A stretch of 64,000 nt of DNA from Amoebophrya sp. A120 (Eukaryota; Protista; Dinoflagellata), in assembly GCA_905178155.1 (NCBI GenBank), contig CAJINV010000005.1:8595591-8659590 (forward strand). Direction: 5' to 3'. The notes beneath the pieces were generated by a model, which was not told the origin of the DNA, made no database searches, and saw only the letters and a list, made by a program, of their open reading frames with translations. Below are positions 1 through 13,800 of the stretch, piece by piece. Position 1 is the first letter of the stretch. Every line of letters starts with the position of its first letter. A program made the translations under genes and the position numbers.

Positions 1-2800
1 AACGGCGTTGCGGATCCGGAGGACCTGCTGCAAACTTTTTGGGTGGATGAGGGTCTGGACTCCGAAATTTACCTCGACGCCGTAGTAACGGTGATAGATG
101 TATGAGAGTGCACAAGAACTCCCCCTCGTACTTCTCATTTCTCATGGAAAACATCACCAACTCCAGACTGGTGTCCCTCCCGTTTCTATTATGCATGACA
201 AGCAGCACTACACGCCAGTGTAAGTTTGTCACGCAGTAGAACCGGCACTCGTGCTGATGCTTGTCGTGCCGTGTATGCTATACAAATGAAAGGGAGGGGG
301 AGTCAGTTGTGCACTGTCATATGATGTGACGAACATCGAGAGCCAGCTCCGCGACTACAAGGAAGCGGTGAAGCAACTCTACTGCGCCGACGTCGTATGA
401 ACTGCAAAAGTACCGTACTCGTACGAATCGCATTTATGCATTACAAATTTCTTCTTCAAACTAAAACAGCATGACAAATTTCTTTTGTCATGCTGACCTA
501 ATTTGTATTGCAATACTACGAATGCGATGGTGCATTTGCGGCGCATACGTTGTTCTGTGCAACAAGGTCGACCTGCTCCTACGTCAGCAAGATCTTCATG
601 TGGGAGATGTTGAACAAGCTTCTTGTACAAAGCCCAACAAGAACTTCTACTCTGAGGCAGCTACAACTTCTCACACCTCATCTTCGCAGCAGCTGGAGCT
701 CATTCCCGAGGAGCTTCGACGCTACAATCCAGACGCGGAGTTTCACCGGACCGTGAAGTGCGAGATTGGGCTCGACAAGATTCTGAACCAAAACTCGTTC
801 CGCCAAATAACGGACCGGGAAAAAATGGTAACTAGGCTGCAAAATGCGGAAGAACGGATGCTGGAGTGCGAGGAAGTCGTGGAAGCACAACTGCAAGATG
901 TTGAACGCGTGTGTTTAACGTCGGCCCCGAAGGGGGGACCCTCGCCTGGTCGTGGGGACCACGATGAACAGGGCAAAACAACAGCAATAACAGCAATATC
1001 AAGCGAGAAGAGGACCAAGGGAAACCAGAAAGTGTTCGACGCGGGGGTGGTATCAACTGCAAACGTGTCTGGTCTGGAAGAATGCATGTTTGTCATGCTT
1101 GTCTGGCATGACTCTTAAATCTGTCATGCGCGTTTCCCAAGAGCCGCATTTTTCTGCCATGCAGAAACGCGGTTTGTCATGCAGAATGGGCAACACCTAG
1201 AAGGTCAGAAACTTGTCATGCTGAGCCAGCACTTGTTGCCTCCTCATGATACGCCACCAAGCATCACAAGTTTATTCCCGACCCAGACACATTTGCATTT
1301 CATAGGTGGACCTGCGGCCGCACCTTGCCAACCAGATCAAGCCGATGCTGATCAGCATTCCTATGAATTGCAAAAGTATCGTACTAGTAGAAATCGCATT
1401 ACAAATTTCCTTAGCATGAGAAATAAAATTTGTAATGCGGATTTTTTACCTTAAAAAACAGACTTGTAATGCATGACTGCAATTAGTACGAGTGCGATAC
1501 TTTTGCGATTCATAATTCCGCAGGGCCGCCAAATCTCCTCGGCGGAGGCCTTCGAACGGCTAGTAGGAAAGTATGGAACTGCTCTCAGACGTTACAATTT
1601 CAACTGTCACACGAATTTGTCATGCGAAATAATACTATCAACACTGCCACGATCAAGCTACTTTGCATGACAAATTCTCGACGCGGACGCGCTAAATAGA
1701 GCTAGAATGATCCGCATCAAATCTGTAATGCAAGACGCGCAAGGTCGTGTTCCCTAGCATCATCTGTGCTACCCTTGTGCATCACAAATTCACGTATTAA
1801 CAGTTGCGAATGCAACATTCGAGAATTTGATAAAAAGTGGCTCTGGGAGGACGGCCTGCAGCTGCTGCGGGGAAAGGGAATTTTCCAAACAAGGGCCACA
1901 ACTAGTGCGGATTATGCAAGAAAAAAACTGTGTAAGTGTAAATCTGTGATGCAGAAAATGCAAAACAGTCACACTTGTCATGCCAGACAGCCATGAAGTC
2001 CGATTTTCATGCGTGTTTTCCCTTACAGACCATGCATGACAGGTTTTCTCTGTCATGTAGAGCAAATTTGTGATGCTGTCAGCCAAAGAAAGTTACACTT
2101 ACACACTTTTTTTCCTGGATACGGATGGAATGATGAATAATATTAATATTGCGACCACGTACGCCTTTCAACTGGTTGGCGAGCTTTACGAGGTCGTGGA
2201 GGTCGGGCACCTGTCAAATAATCGAGCAACTGCTGGTGCTGCCGACGTCGTCGGAGAAGGAAATAGAAAAAGTACAGATGCAGCGGGTGTTAAAGCGGCA
2301 AGCTTCTCGAAAAAACAGAGAGTCGAGAGGACTCAGGTTGGGCAGGAGGAGGACCTGGTGGTGGAATTTCAAGAAAAGACAGCGCGTCCTGCGCTCGTAT
2401 CAAGTGCAAAAATGTCTGGGTCTGGATTTGTAATGCAGTTCTTCAAGGACAACAAGATCTGTAATGCATGGATACCATTGGCCAGTTTTTTTGTCGTGCT
2501 GGGTGGCAGTTTGTAATGCTAAACACGAATGAATCGGCAAGGAGCCGAGGGAAATTCCTCATGCTGTCATGCCGTACAAGCAGCAAGTTTGCAATGCAAG
2601 TATCAGCAACACAAGTTTCCAGACCCAGACACTTTTGCATTTGATAGCTCGCGGCGGGGAACAACAACGACAAAATTGTTGAGTCCAAGTTTCTGTTTCT
2701 GGCTTTTCGCTCGGCGGAAAAAAATCCCGATTTTTTGGAAAACAAACTGAAAACGGAACTACTGGCAATCACTACTAGTTGTATCACGACCACGCATTGA
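1..2800 (+). CDS. CobW/COG0523 (ZNG1/CBWD-like) G3E metallochaperone GTPase; 5' part lies outside the window; 7 introner introns
   Basis: Removing TAT..ATA elements at 101-321, 396-547, 1051-1304, 1362-1514, 1572-1832, 1913-2121 and 2398-2646 (each with one 5-bp repeat copy) gives a continuous frame: GVADPEDLLQTFWVDEGLDSEIYLDAVVTVID..EAVKQLYCADVVLCNKVDL..RRYNPDAEFHRT..KWLWEDGLQLLRGKG..FQLVGELYE..KFLFL, with stop TGA at 2798-2800. These resemble CobW and CobW_C motifs. Confidence 0.88.
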
Positions 2801-3608
2801 AAGAGATAGTACCTCCATTACTAGCTGCACTTGCGCAAAATAAATCATGAGAACGATGTTTATTTTTCCAAGCGACGTCGCACACGTCATCATCTGCAAA
2901 GAATTTCAGGCCGGAATAAACTGTTGCTGCCTCGACCAAAGCAGGAAACTTTTTCTGTTACCATGACGTGTTGGAAAGATCATGATCAAAATCACAGAAA
3001 GTCGAGGAAAAAGCTCGGTGTCGTGGAGTCGAAGGCGTTAATCGAAAAGATAAAGATGCAGTACCACGTAGCAGCATTTTATGTTTGATGGGAGATGGAC
3101 ATCGATGACAACAACAGCGATCTTGAAGATCACGGTATTATCATGGACAACTACCCATCATCCTCCATCACAAGCCTCTCAAGAGCTACGTATACTACCG
3201 GCAACTCCATGCTTCGTCTGTATTGTTTTTCTATGAATAGAAGATGACAACACCTCCAGCGATCAAGATCATGGTGCTCTCGTGGACAAGCCATTTGAGA
3301 GCTACGCTGTTTGTTAGCCTGTCGTTGTAAGTCCAGCATCAGTCGATGTTTTGTGAAGATGACTTTGATCATTGATAGAAGTTCTTGTCCCACCAGTTTG
3401 TTGTAGCACCTTTTGCGGCACCTAAGTACGATGTTGAATGAGTTGGAAAACAAAGATTGTTGCTGCTTTACTTCGGGAGTATCAGGTCGGAATAAATAAA
3501 GAACGGTTACTCTATCTTGTGAACCGTATTGCGTGCTGACTCTCTATTTTTTCAACAGCACAAATCCTGCAAGGGGGCGACACCGACAGAGAATATTCAA
3601 TTGTGATC

Positions 3609-6600
3609 ATGGGCGTGTTATCTTCACCTAATGCTAGTACATCTCCCGCCAGGGAAGGTGGACCTGGACGATGGCAGTACTATAATTTGGACGATAAAGA
3701 TGAAGATCTGGACGACAAGAACTTTGATACCACCTTTGTGGTTCCTCCAGTAGGTGACTCTACTACTTCTTGCGGTTGTTCGCCAAGAACAGAAGCAGCC
3801 CTGACCTGGCGGTCGCTTTCTGACGCCCGGATATGGGTGGACTCTCAAACGTTACGTTCTCAACTATTACATGAATTTGTCGTGCAAAACTCCCTTAAGC
3901 CGCCAGATCATCAATGACTGCTTCGCATGACAAACTTCCGCAGGGCCGCTAAAAAACAGCGTTGAAATTATCTGTGCGGCCACGTCTGTGATGCGACAGC
4001 AGCAAGCTTGGCTCTTTGACTGTTGTCGTTCCTGCATTGCAAATTCATGTGACAGTTGAGAGTGTACCTTTTGAGAAGGCCATCCCGGATTCTGCAAACG
4101 TGGGTGACGCCGGAGGACTATGCCGATCTGGTCTGGTACGGGAGTGTCAGGATCGAAATCGACAAATAAATCGCAAAACTTGTAATGCATAAAATGTAGG
4201 GCCCATAAGGCCTGTGTTGGAAAGGAGGCAAATGAGACCGATTGCAAGCCTGTTTAGCCCTAAACATGTACTGCCAGAGTAGCATGACAGGCGCAGTCTT
4301 CTTTGCCTAAACAGCATGACACGCTGGGTTTTGGTGCTCCCAAAATTTGTCATGCGTCACTTGGAAACTGAGGCTCCGACTGGTATCGATTCTCATTTTA
4401 TGCATTACATACAAATTATTTCGATTTTGTTGATTTCGATCCTGACGCTTCCATATCTGGCTCGAAGACAAGGTGGAACAGGTTGCGAAAACGATCGAGA
4501 TTTTTCGAGAAAGTAGTCCACCTCGTGCGTATGACAATGGCAATTCTAAAAATTCTTCTGCGAAGATTGTCCTTGAACAAGACGTGCTGGCTGAGCACAA
4601 AGCAGGTGAGGTTGGCGCAGTAGAACAGAAGAAAAACAAAAGGGTCCGAGGACAGCACTGCCTTGAAAGAATTTCCAAGCAGCTCTGGAACAACCGCGAG
4701 GTCGTGGACGAGGCAAGTGCAACTCCAACTCCAACTCCTGTAGTTCTTACGCAAGACGACCTACTGGGCGAAGATGAGAGGACGGGGACCGCGACCACGC
4801 GGCCGGTGAGGGGGATAGCATCAAGGCCAGACCAGCACGACCTCCAGGACATCAACTCATGGGCCCGCAGCGGGCCAGCTGTGCAGCAGGAGCTACGGGA
4901 TGTTGATCCTGAAGCTGTAGTCCGGGACGAGGACCACGGGGGAGAGCTGGTGGACCGCGACGATGTTGAGCTGCCGTGGGCTGCAAGAACAGCAGCACGG
5001 CAGGGATTTTATTCCAGATATCCATATGCTAGCAGTAAAAATGCAGCAGCTGAAGGTCATGTAAGAAATGTCCAACCTTGTAGCTCTAGCTGCTGTCCCG
5101 GTGAGACGAGCTCTTGCGAGAGAACGGACAAGAGAACCACATCATCTCCGCCGAGATCAAGTTGTCTTCAAAACTCCTTTATAAGTGGCACAACCTCAAA
5201 AAATAATTATTTGCCGTCCCAAGCCGTTGCCGATGCGATAAATGTCGTCGACCACCTGGAAGATCATGCTAGTGGAGGACTACGAGAGGACCACAAACAA
5301 GTCGTCGGGGATGGAAGTCGTAGTCGGAAGGATCTTCATGTTGACCTTCTCCGCCTGCCACTCCTCGCCCCCGCCGATTCCCATCCCAACGCCGCTTTCT
5401 GCGTTTTTTCCGATCCTTGCCTCCTGCACCTTCCGACCTGGGAATTCCGGAATTTGGCGGCCGTCTTCGGTGGAGGATCCCGTACTGCAGCTTCAGAACA
5501 TGCAGGTCTTCCTCGTACCTTGTCGGAAGGACTTATAGATGTTGCTCCTTGTCCTGCATCACAGCAGCATCGGAGGAGAAAGCTAGCCCGCAAGCATTTG
5601 CGGTCGCTGATCCAAAACTTGGTCCAGTATGTCGTCAGCGGCACTTCTGCCGCGTCGATCAGCTGCAATGGAGAAATTCCAGCGGGAGAAATTGGCGAAG
5701 ATACAGCCAGACCTTGCAGGAGCATAATCCAGAGGAGCCACGAAGTCGAAGACGCCACGGCTGCTGCAGGCCATTATCATCAAAACGTGTTCCGAAACGG
5801 GTTTTTGATCAAGCCCAGGAACGGGCTATCCTGTGCAAAAGTATCGTACTCGTATAATTATTGCAGTCATGCATTACAAATTTTTTTCTTGAGGTAAATC
5901 CGCATGGCAAATTGAATTTCTCATACTGGGGAACTTTGTAATGCATTAATACGAGCAGTACGATACTTTTGCAATGCATACGGGCACGACTCCTTTGGCG
6001 TGACGGCGTTTCCGATGGCAGACCTCGTCGCGGAGCTACAACTCCCGAGGGAAAAAACTACAACAGCAAAGGATCATGCGCGACGCAGGGAGGACGGACA
6101 GGGACAGCGGGAGTCGTGCCGCAGTTCTTCGAATTTTCCCACCAAAAAATGTACTTCTAGAGCCGCCAACATGATGAACATGCCGCGTCCACCTCCGAAA
6201 GACACTACAGATGGGTTAACATGTCGTTCGGTAGTTGCACCACGCCGGCCTGAGCAGCAGGATGCAGCCCACCAGCAGCACGAGGACCAGGCTGGCGGTC
6301 AGCACTTCTTGTTCCGGCCGCGTACAATAAAAGTTCCTGCCTCGCTAACGGACCGGGTGTTCACGGCAATCCAGACCGCTTTCTGCATTCGAGGCGGGAC
6401 GACGGGGACCACGAACAAAAACAGCAGAATCCGTGACAGCTGGTGTCGGGAGAACTGGCAGCTGAGTCAGGTGCCGGATGGAGTGGTCCTACAGCCCTTG
6501 TTTGTCACCAGACTATTGTCTAGTACTGATAATGGTAATGGTGAAGAAGATCAAGTTCAAGAAGGAGATTATGCAGGAAGCGGGACCACGCCTCACGGGC

Positions 6601-8886
6601 TTCACGCTGCGTCCACCTCAGCACAGCTGAGCTGCTCCACCGCTGCACCACGGGGTATGGATTGCACAGGTACCGTGCTACAACTTCTAGGGGATGAAAA
6701 GATCGCATTTAGTGCTACTTCTACTTCCCCAATCGAGATAAAAGTGCACGTGGTGGGGTATCAAAAGGAAAAAGTCTCCCTCCCCATATCGAAACGAAAA
6801 TTTTTGATGCTGATTTGTGACCACAAATCAGCCTGCGTACAAGGCAAACGGGACCCACATGGCGCATTGTACAGCGAGTGTGTCACCATGCGTTTTCGCC
6901 TATGTCAGACCTGTTTCTCATGCTCAGCTGCTACCCAGATGCGTACCCAAATGGGCTTAGATAGAATATGCCGAAAAGCTCTTGCTGCAATACAGTGTAC
7001 ACAAATCCAGCAACACGAAAGGCAAAAAAAAAAAATCCAGCAACACAAATTGTCTTTTGAATACGGGGTGGCGGCTTTTTTCACTTTGATATGGGGAAGG
7101 AAGTGGTTGGCGCGACCGTGAAGCAGTACCCGCCGGACATACTTTGGATCGACGGCACGGGGAAGTATGGGAGTGTCAGGATCGAAATCGACAAAATCGA
7201 AAAACTTGCAATGCATGAAATGTACGGCGCGCAAGGTCTGTGTTGGGAAGAAGGCAAATGAGACCGATTGCAAGCCTGTTTAGGGCGGGAAGAAGACGCG
7301 TTGCCAGAGCAGCATGACAGGAGCAGTCTTCTTTGCCCAAACAGCATGACAGACTGGATTTTGCAGCTCCCGAAATTTGTCATGCGCCACTCGAAAACTG
7401 AGGCTCCAACTGGTATCGATTTTATGCATCACAAATTTTTCGATTTTGTTGATTTCGATCCTGACGCATCCATAGGAAAGTGTGGGTCTTTAACCGATGG
7501 AAGCTGGACGACTCTAAGGCACGCGACCGGATTATGGGAGTGTCAGGATCGAAATCGTCAAAGTTACAATAGTTTGCCATGCATAAAATGCAGGGCACGT
7601 AACGCCTGTATTGGGGAACATGCAAATGAGACCCATTGCAAGTCTGTTTAGGGGAAGCCGATGCGCTGCCAGAGCAGCATGACAGGAGCAGTCTTCTTCG
7701 CCCAAACACCATGACAGACTGGATCTGGGTGCTCCCGAAATTTGGCATGCGTCACTTGGAGACTGAGGCTCCAACTGACATCGATTTTGTGCATTGCAAG
7801 TTATTTCAACTTTGTCGATTTCGATCCTGACACTCCCATACGGATTTTTCTCCAGTTCCTTGCAGACCAGCTACGGCGGTACTGGAGTGGAACCTTCGTG
7901 TATCGCAAAAAAAAATTTTACAGTTACACATTGTCTTGCAGGCCAAGCAAGACAGACAAGTTCTGTCATGCCGGATATGCATAGGAGCCTCGTTTCGTAT
8001 GTGTTTTCCCGTAGGATTTCTGCATTGCAAGTTTTCACTCTCATGCAGAGAAATTTGTGTTGCCGAAATCACTACAAGTGTGTAACTGTGACACTTTTTT
8101 CGTGGGATATCGCGGCAAAAAGTTTGGCTTTGGTGGAGGGGATAAACAAGATTCGGAGGAGCAGCTCTCAGTATGATCCAGAGTAAATTCATCATTTCCG
8201 CCGTACTGCACGAACTACACGAGGCCATTATAATACAAGCACGGTTTCTGCACGGCAAAACTTGCCTTCAGTCCTGAAGATATTCTATCAGCATGACAAC
8301 TGGGACTGTCGGGTAAGTTGCAGCTGGTGACACTTGTCATTCATTTTGTCCGTGTCGTGCGGGAAGAAATTTGTATTGCATAGTAGTACTTCTAGAGAAG
8401 AAGGAAAGAGAAGTCGGGCCAGCGAAGAGAACAGTAGTCCACCGGGGCAACAAGAAATTCTTGTCCGTGATAAAAATCATCGTTTCGCTCTTCATAGGCA
8501 AAATGCAAAAGTATCGCACTCGTAGTAAAAGCAATAGTACGTAGGCATGCATTACGTTTCCGACGACCAATCAGCATTACAAATTACATTTCTAAAAACG
8601 GTCTGAGCCAATTTGTAATGGAATCCATACTCGTGCGATACTTCTGCAATGCATACCTCCTGAATGCCGCCTGGATTGGCTGGTTTCTAGCGATTGCCGC
8701 CCAAGATTGGGGGAGATCACGTACCAGGGCGCCGCTTTCGCGACGAATCAGAAACTATATCACGGTACACATCAACTCCACCTCCCCCGGCTACTTTTGC
8801 AGTTCATAATGAGACAATACGACCGTCCGCGCCTGGACATGTCACAACTCATGCACAAGAACAAGCTACATTCGCTAGTACTCTGA
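3609..8886 (+). CDS. TupA-like ATP-grasp domain protein with long low-complexity insertions; about 9 introner introns
   Basis: The spliced reading gives ordered motifs LVWLEDKVEQ, FLIKPRNGHDS, VVLQPL, IEIKVHVVGK and ECRLDWLVSSDCRPRLGEITYQGAA. These resemble the TupA-like pattern (DK..FVIKPNHGS..DYKF..RVDF..FGELTF). Stop TGA at 8884-8886. Introns include 3832-4084, 4137-4455, 5827-5980, 6759-7091, 7166-7474, 7533-7840 and 7901-8109. Confidence 0.65.
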
Positions 8887-9659
8887 CCCCTGTCTCTACT
8901 ACTATCAATCTAAGAAACCCTGTTGCTGCTTATGCCATAGTACAAATGAGGAGGAGGGAGAGCAGTTTGTTGTGCCCTCTCATAAACTATCCAAAAGCAT
9001 GGCCGCCAAACTGTGGGAATTCTTGTGACAAGCTGCAACTTTGTTTATAATACAACAGTTCGCAGATTTGATGATTCTTGCCGAGAGCGACGTGCGCGCC
9101 GTGTGAAGACCGGGGCAGGCGCCTACAGAAAAATCGAGTGTTGGTGCGTCTACAGCTAGATTTACTGCAGTAGCAGGAGCAGCAGCTGCTTTCGATGATG
9201 GAGTTCTATTTCCAGCACAACTTCTAGTTGTAGTGTGAAAATCATACAAAAAATTCGAACAAAATCTCAGGTCGAGCTCGAGCCTCACGGCTCTCTTGCC
9301 GAAATTGTACACAACGTACGGGATCATGTTGTTCATCTTGTTTCTACAATCGGTCGGTAACGATGAAAAAGTGATCCGAAACGAAAATTTTTGCAGCTTG
9401 AAAGTGATCATGATCAAAATCGAAATCGTTCGTGTAGGGAGTTGCATCGATTTGCCACGCAAAACTACCCTAAGCCGCCAGACGCACGATGGCGATCAAG
9501 CTGTCTCGCATGACAAATCTCCGAAGCTGCGCTAAACAGCATCTAAAGCTTTTCCAAATATGGGACGCGAAAGCAGCAAGCTTGCTCCTTTGAGTGTTGC
9601 TGTTCTTGCATGTTACATGCAAGTTCATGTAACAGCTGATAGTGTAACTGATTTGAGAA

Positions 9660-9867
9660 CGCCATACGCGGATGGTCCTCGCGAGTGGGAGGTTTGCATT
9701 ACGAAATCGAAGGGGAACATATAGGCGCCGACGGGGGTTCCGCGGGGCCACTCAACACAGTTGAAGGAAGTGAACACGTTGACGCGCCGTCGTCCAACTA
9801 CTATGCGGACTTCGCTGCAGGTCTGGCGGACGTGTTCTAAATTCCTGCGGGCTGTGTCGTGTGCTAA
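9660..9867 (+). pseudogene. 5'-truncated paralog of the 21113-22042 gene
   Basis: Matches the 3' end of that gene (..gccgtcgtccaactactatgcggacttcgc..ggctgtgtcgtgtgctaa). The downstream flank 9868-10105 plus 18772-20110 parallels 22043-22970. Confidence 0.75.
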
Positions 9868-10109
9868 ATTCAATTGGCACACACGGCCAGGCGCCGGACC
9901 TGGATAAAACCAAGGGTAGAACAAAAAAGCAGGAGCCAATCGTAAGCGTAAGCCGGGTCACGATTTATATATTATAAATATCGTTGCCGTCGTTCCTGCT
10001 GGGGTATTCGACTCTTTTACGAGTTTGACTGCTATCTCTCTGTACTACACGACCTGGAAATAAATGTCCTACTTCCGGATCATGGATCGAGGAATTATAT
10101 CATAATTAG

Positions 10110-10675
10110 TGTTGGACTTTGAACACACCTGCCACACTGAGTGGCCAAAGCTTCTACCTTCGAGAGGTCTCTAACACGTTCAAACACTTCAATCTCTCAG
10201 CAGACAGGGCGAAAGCCTCTGGCTGCGTTGCATCCTGTGAAGATTCATCATGCAAGGTTCACCATAGTCATCACTCCATCACCACAGGCTCTGAGGCTCC
10301 AGATCTCTAGTCATTCTGGGACCTACTTCCCACTCTGTATGGGTGCGATTTTATCAGGGACGGAGGTCCCTGGTAAAGTTTTTATCTAGGTCGGAGCTCC
10401 TTGATAAAGTCTTGATCCAGGATTTGGCTAGATTCTGGACCATTCTGAGATCAGCCAAATCGGTGCCGTAGGAGCCTGCGTAGGGATTTGATCTAGGACC
10501 CGGGTCCCTGGTAAAGATTTTACCAGGGTCGCCGGTCCTTGATAAAATCGATCCGAACCAAGAGAGCCTGATCTACTCAAATTCTTCATCATTTGTATTT
10601 GGAGAGCAGGCATTTCGGGATCTCTGAGAAGCTTCAGTCTTGCGTGGAGGTAGGGTTTAGATCACATGACCAACA
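10110..10675 (-). repeat. 3' LTR of the copia element
   Basis: tgttggactttgaac...catgaccaaca. About 13 substitutions and 2 small indels versus the other LTR by hand count. The adjacent cccctccgc (10676-10684) is a polypurine tract on the minus strand. Confidence 0.95.
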
Positions 10676-10890
10676 CCCCTCCGCAATCGATGCAGTCTGT
10701 AGCCCCTAAGAGTCCTACTCTACCTTGTTCCTAAATAGATATAAAGTTGCATAAATTCCCCTCCTCGGGTCAGAATCCAAAGTCTACAGCGTACAACACT
10801 AAAGCTACTCCACTATCATCGTAGAAACTAGTATAGAAAGAAGCATCAAAATCATCCCCATCATCCGACTGGGCGCCAGGATGAGAAGAG

Positions 10891-13800
10891 TCACAGGAGA
10901 TGACTGGATTGTCTACGTGATGCAAAAGCAGCTTGCGCTGTGGCGCTGAGCATTCCAGCTTCGTAAGTCCATCCGCCTTCATCAAATGCGTCGGCCGGGC
11001 AGAAGACTATACGACTGGCAGCATCTCGCGCACGCAAATAGCGAGAAGCGTAATGCCGTGACTTCGGTTTTGTGTCTGTGCTTTTGGCTGTAGCGATTGC
11101 GGATTGGTTGTCCACCCACAAGATGGCATCATCCAGGGACGGAGATAAGCCGTGCTGCGTTTCTACCATTCTGGTAAGGAGAGGAGCGAAGAAGTCAGCG
11201 AAGTCGTTCTGCTCACTGAGCACAATAGTGTCAGAAGCTGCGACGTACTCGCTTTCCGCCGTCGAATACGCACGCACAGTCTGCCGATTGCTGCGCCAGC
11301 AGATCGGGAAACCGCGGTAGTATATAATCGAGCCGGTGGTAGAACGCATCGTCTTCAAGCAATTCGCGAAACCAGCATCAGAGAACAGGTTCAGACGTGG
11401 CACGTCCCTGCCCTCCGGTACCAACTTCCGATAAATCTCATTGAGCGCCTCTTCTTCCTCTGGACTGTACGATAGTCCCACTTCCTTCGTTGTCAGGAGG
11501 AACTTTATCACTTTCCTACAGGCGTAGGCGATCCTTTTCGTGGCTGGTTTGCTCACGTAGCGAGCTAGAGTGGAAACCGGCACACAAATGTCAGGACGCG
11601 CAGTGGTCGCGATCCATTGCAACGCACCAACTACGGATCTGAGAGGATAATCCTTTAGCTCTTCAAGATCTTCTTCCGTCAGAGCTGACTCGGCAAAATT
11701 CGGAGAACGTACCGGCTTGCCAAGCGTGACAGCGAGCAAACTTCTTAGCAATTTTCTCAATATACTCCTCCATGGTCACACGCACTGACTTGCGCTCCCT
11801 AGAGTAGTACGCAATCGCCCCAAGGAAGTCGAACTTTTGCCACTCGATACCATTGGAATCGGTAAAGAGCTCGACAGCTATCTCACGCCCGGGGACGCGC
11901 GACAGAGTCTTTTGCAATTCGGCACGAAGTTCAGCAAGATCAGGTCCTGCGATCAAGTTGTCGTCGACATAGACAGCAAGCTTGAGAAACTTTCCTGGGT
12001 GCGATAAACTTGGCTTTCTCCACAAACCAGGCGCAGAAGGACAGGGCTCCCAACCTAACTCGGTCAAGATGCTCTCATACTTCTTGAACCAGGCCCGCGG
12101 TGCGTCCTTTAGCCCATAAAGCGCTTTGTGTAGCTTCACGACTGCCGTCTTGTGCTTTGCTGCCTCAGGCAGCCGGCCCGAGGCAATTTCCGCTAGTGAA
12201 ATTTCGTTAAAATGGCGCTAATTCTGGGAATCGTGGGCCGGTTGGTTGGGTGTGGCACCCTTTGGGTGCGCGCCATATTCGGGGCGGAGGGCGCGGCATA
12301 GTGTGGCGCTCCCGCTTTCCGTTTTCCCGGGTGTCGTAAGCTTCCGGGCCGCCTCCCCTGGTTGTGTGTTCTCCCCCGTCCTCTTGGGGGTGGGGGCCGC
12401 TTATCGCTGGGCCCTTTCGCGCGCGCGGCGCCTTGGCTTTTGGTGGTGGCCTGCCCTCGGGTGCTCTTTTCCCCTACCTCGGGGAATGTCTCGGGTCGGG
12501 CCCTTGCCCGGGTCTTCGGTTTTTCTTTGTCCGGCATCTTTCCGAGGGGCGGGGGTCTTTTGGTGTGGTTTGGCTCATAGGGGTTGCTCCTTTGGCCATG
12601 GTTCAAATCCGCCGGGGCCCGGCGCCTTTGCATTTATGGGGGGCGGCGCGCAGCGGGCCCGGCTCTGGAAATCAGGCAGGCGCGAGGCCGGGGCGTTTTG
12701 GTCTTTCAAACACCACCCCGGTCCCGGGCGGTTAATGAAGAGGGTAATCCCGGGGGTAATTTCGGGGGTTAATCTGACCGCAACGAAATCGGGAAGGTTT
12801 CGTTGGTTTTGAAATTAGACCAAAAATTAAACTACAGATTAGACTATAAATTAGCCCACAAATTACCCCAAAAACCCAAGGAGTTAACCTTCCCCCGAGA
12901 GGCAGTCACTCCGCCAGACCATTGGGCTCTCAGTCGGCGCCGTTTGTCCTTAGATGCCCTGCTTTTTCTCGGCAGGCCGGCCGCCCGCAGTTCCCGCCTC
13001 TCGTGGCCTTTGCGTCTTTGAATGGATTCCCCCCGGCCGGCGCCTTTTTCAATTTGCCCCGAAGATTGCAGGGGTGGCGCTCTGGAAACCCACAGACAAC
13101 AGGTCCGCCGGGGTCGTGTTCCGGCCTCCGTTGTGATTTGGCGGAGGCCCTCCACGCGCAGGCTTCGCAGGCTCCTTGGCCTTTCTTCTCTGCCGGGGTA
13201 CCCTTTGGCGCCTTTCCCGGCGCGCGCCTCCCCTTCCGGGGGGCGCAGGGGGGTGCCCGGAGGGCGGCGCCCACGATGACTATGCGCCCCCGGAAATATG
13301 GCGGCAACCCCGGCGCGCTTTCTAGTCGGGCCCCTTTGGCGTCTGCTCTCCTTCGCTTTGGGGATTAGCCAAAAATCAGCCCGGAATTAACGAAATAGCT
13401 TGCCACGGGCCGGCTGCCTGAGCTGCCCAGATGGGTGGCAAGCGGCAATAGACGTCGCGATCTAGCAAGGCATTAAGGAACGCGCTATCGAGATCATGCG
13501 GGATGACGTGATCACCATCTGCGGCTGCAGATACCAGTAGCAGGCGATTAGCTGCATGCGAGACAACTGGCGCGAAGGTGTCAATGTCACCCGATCGATC
13601 AAGATTGCCAAGTACACAGGCTCGAGCTTTATGCGTCCCGTCGCGCTTAACGGTCAGTATGATAGCGATTGGAGGCACTTGCTTCGCGGTAGCTAGCTCC
13701 TCGTCAGAGGCTGGCTCCCACGTCTCATATGCTAGCAGACGAGCTTCCTCCTTGTCAGTCACCTTCTGCCACTTAGGTGCAAGCTCAGGGCCAGGCAATT

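Noticed and set aside
12193-13368. Multiple 100-190 aa ORFs on both strands
   Set aside because: GC-rich low-complexity interior of a TIR insert with no transposase motifs.
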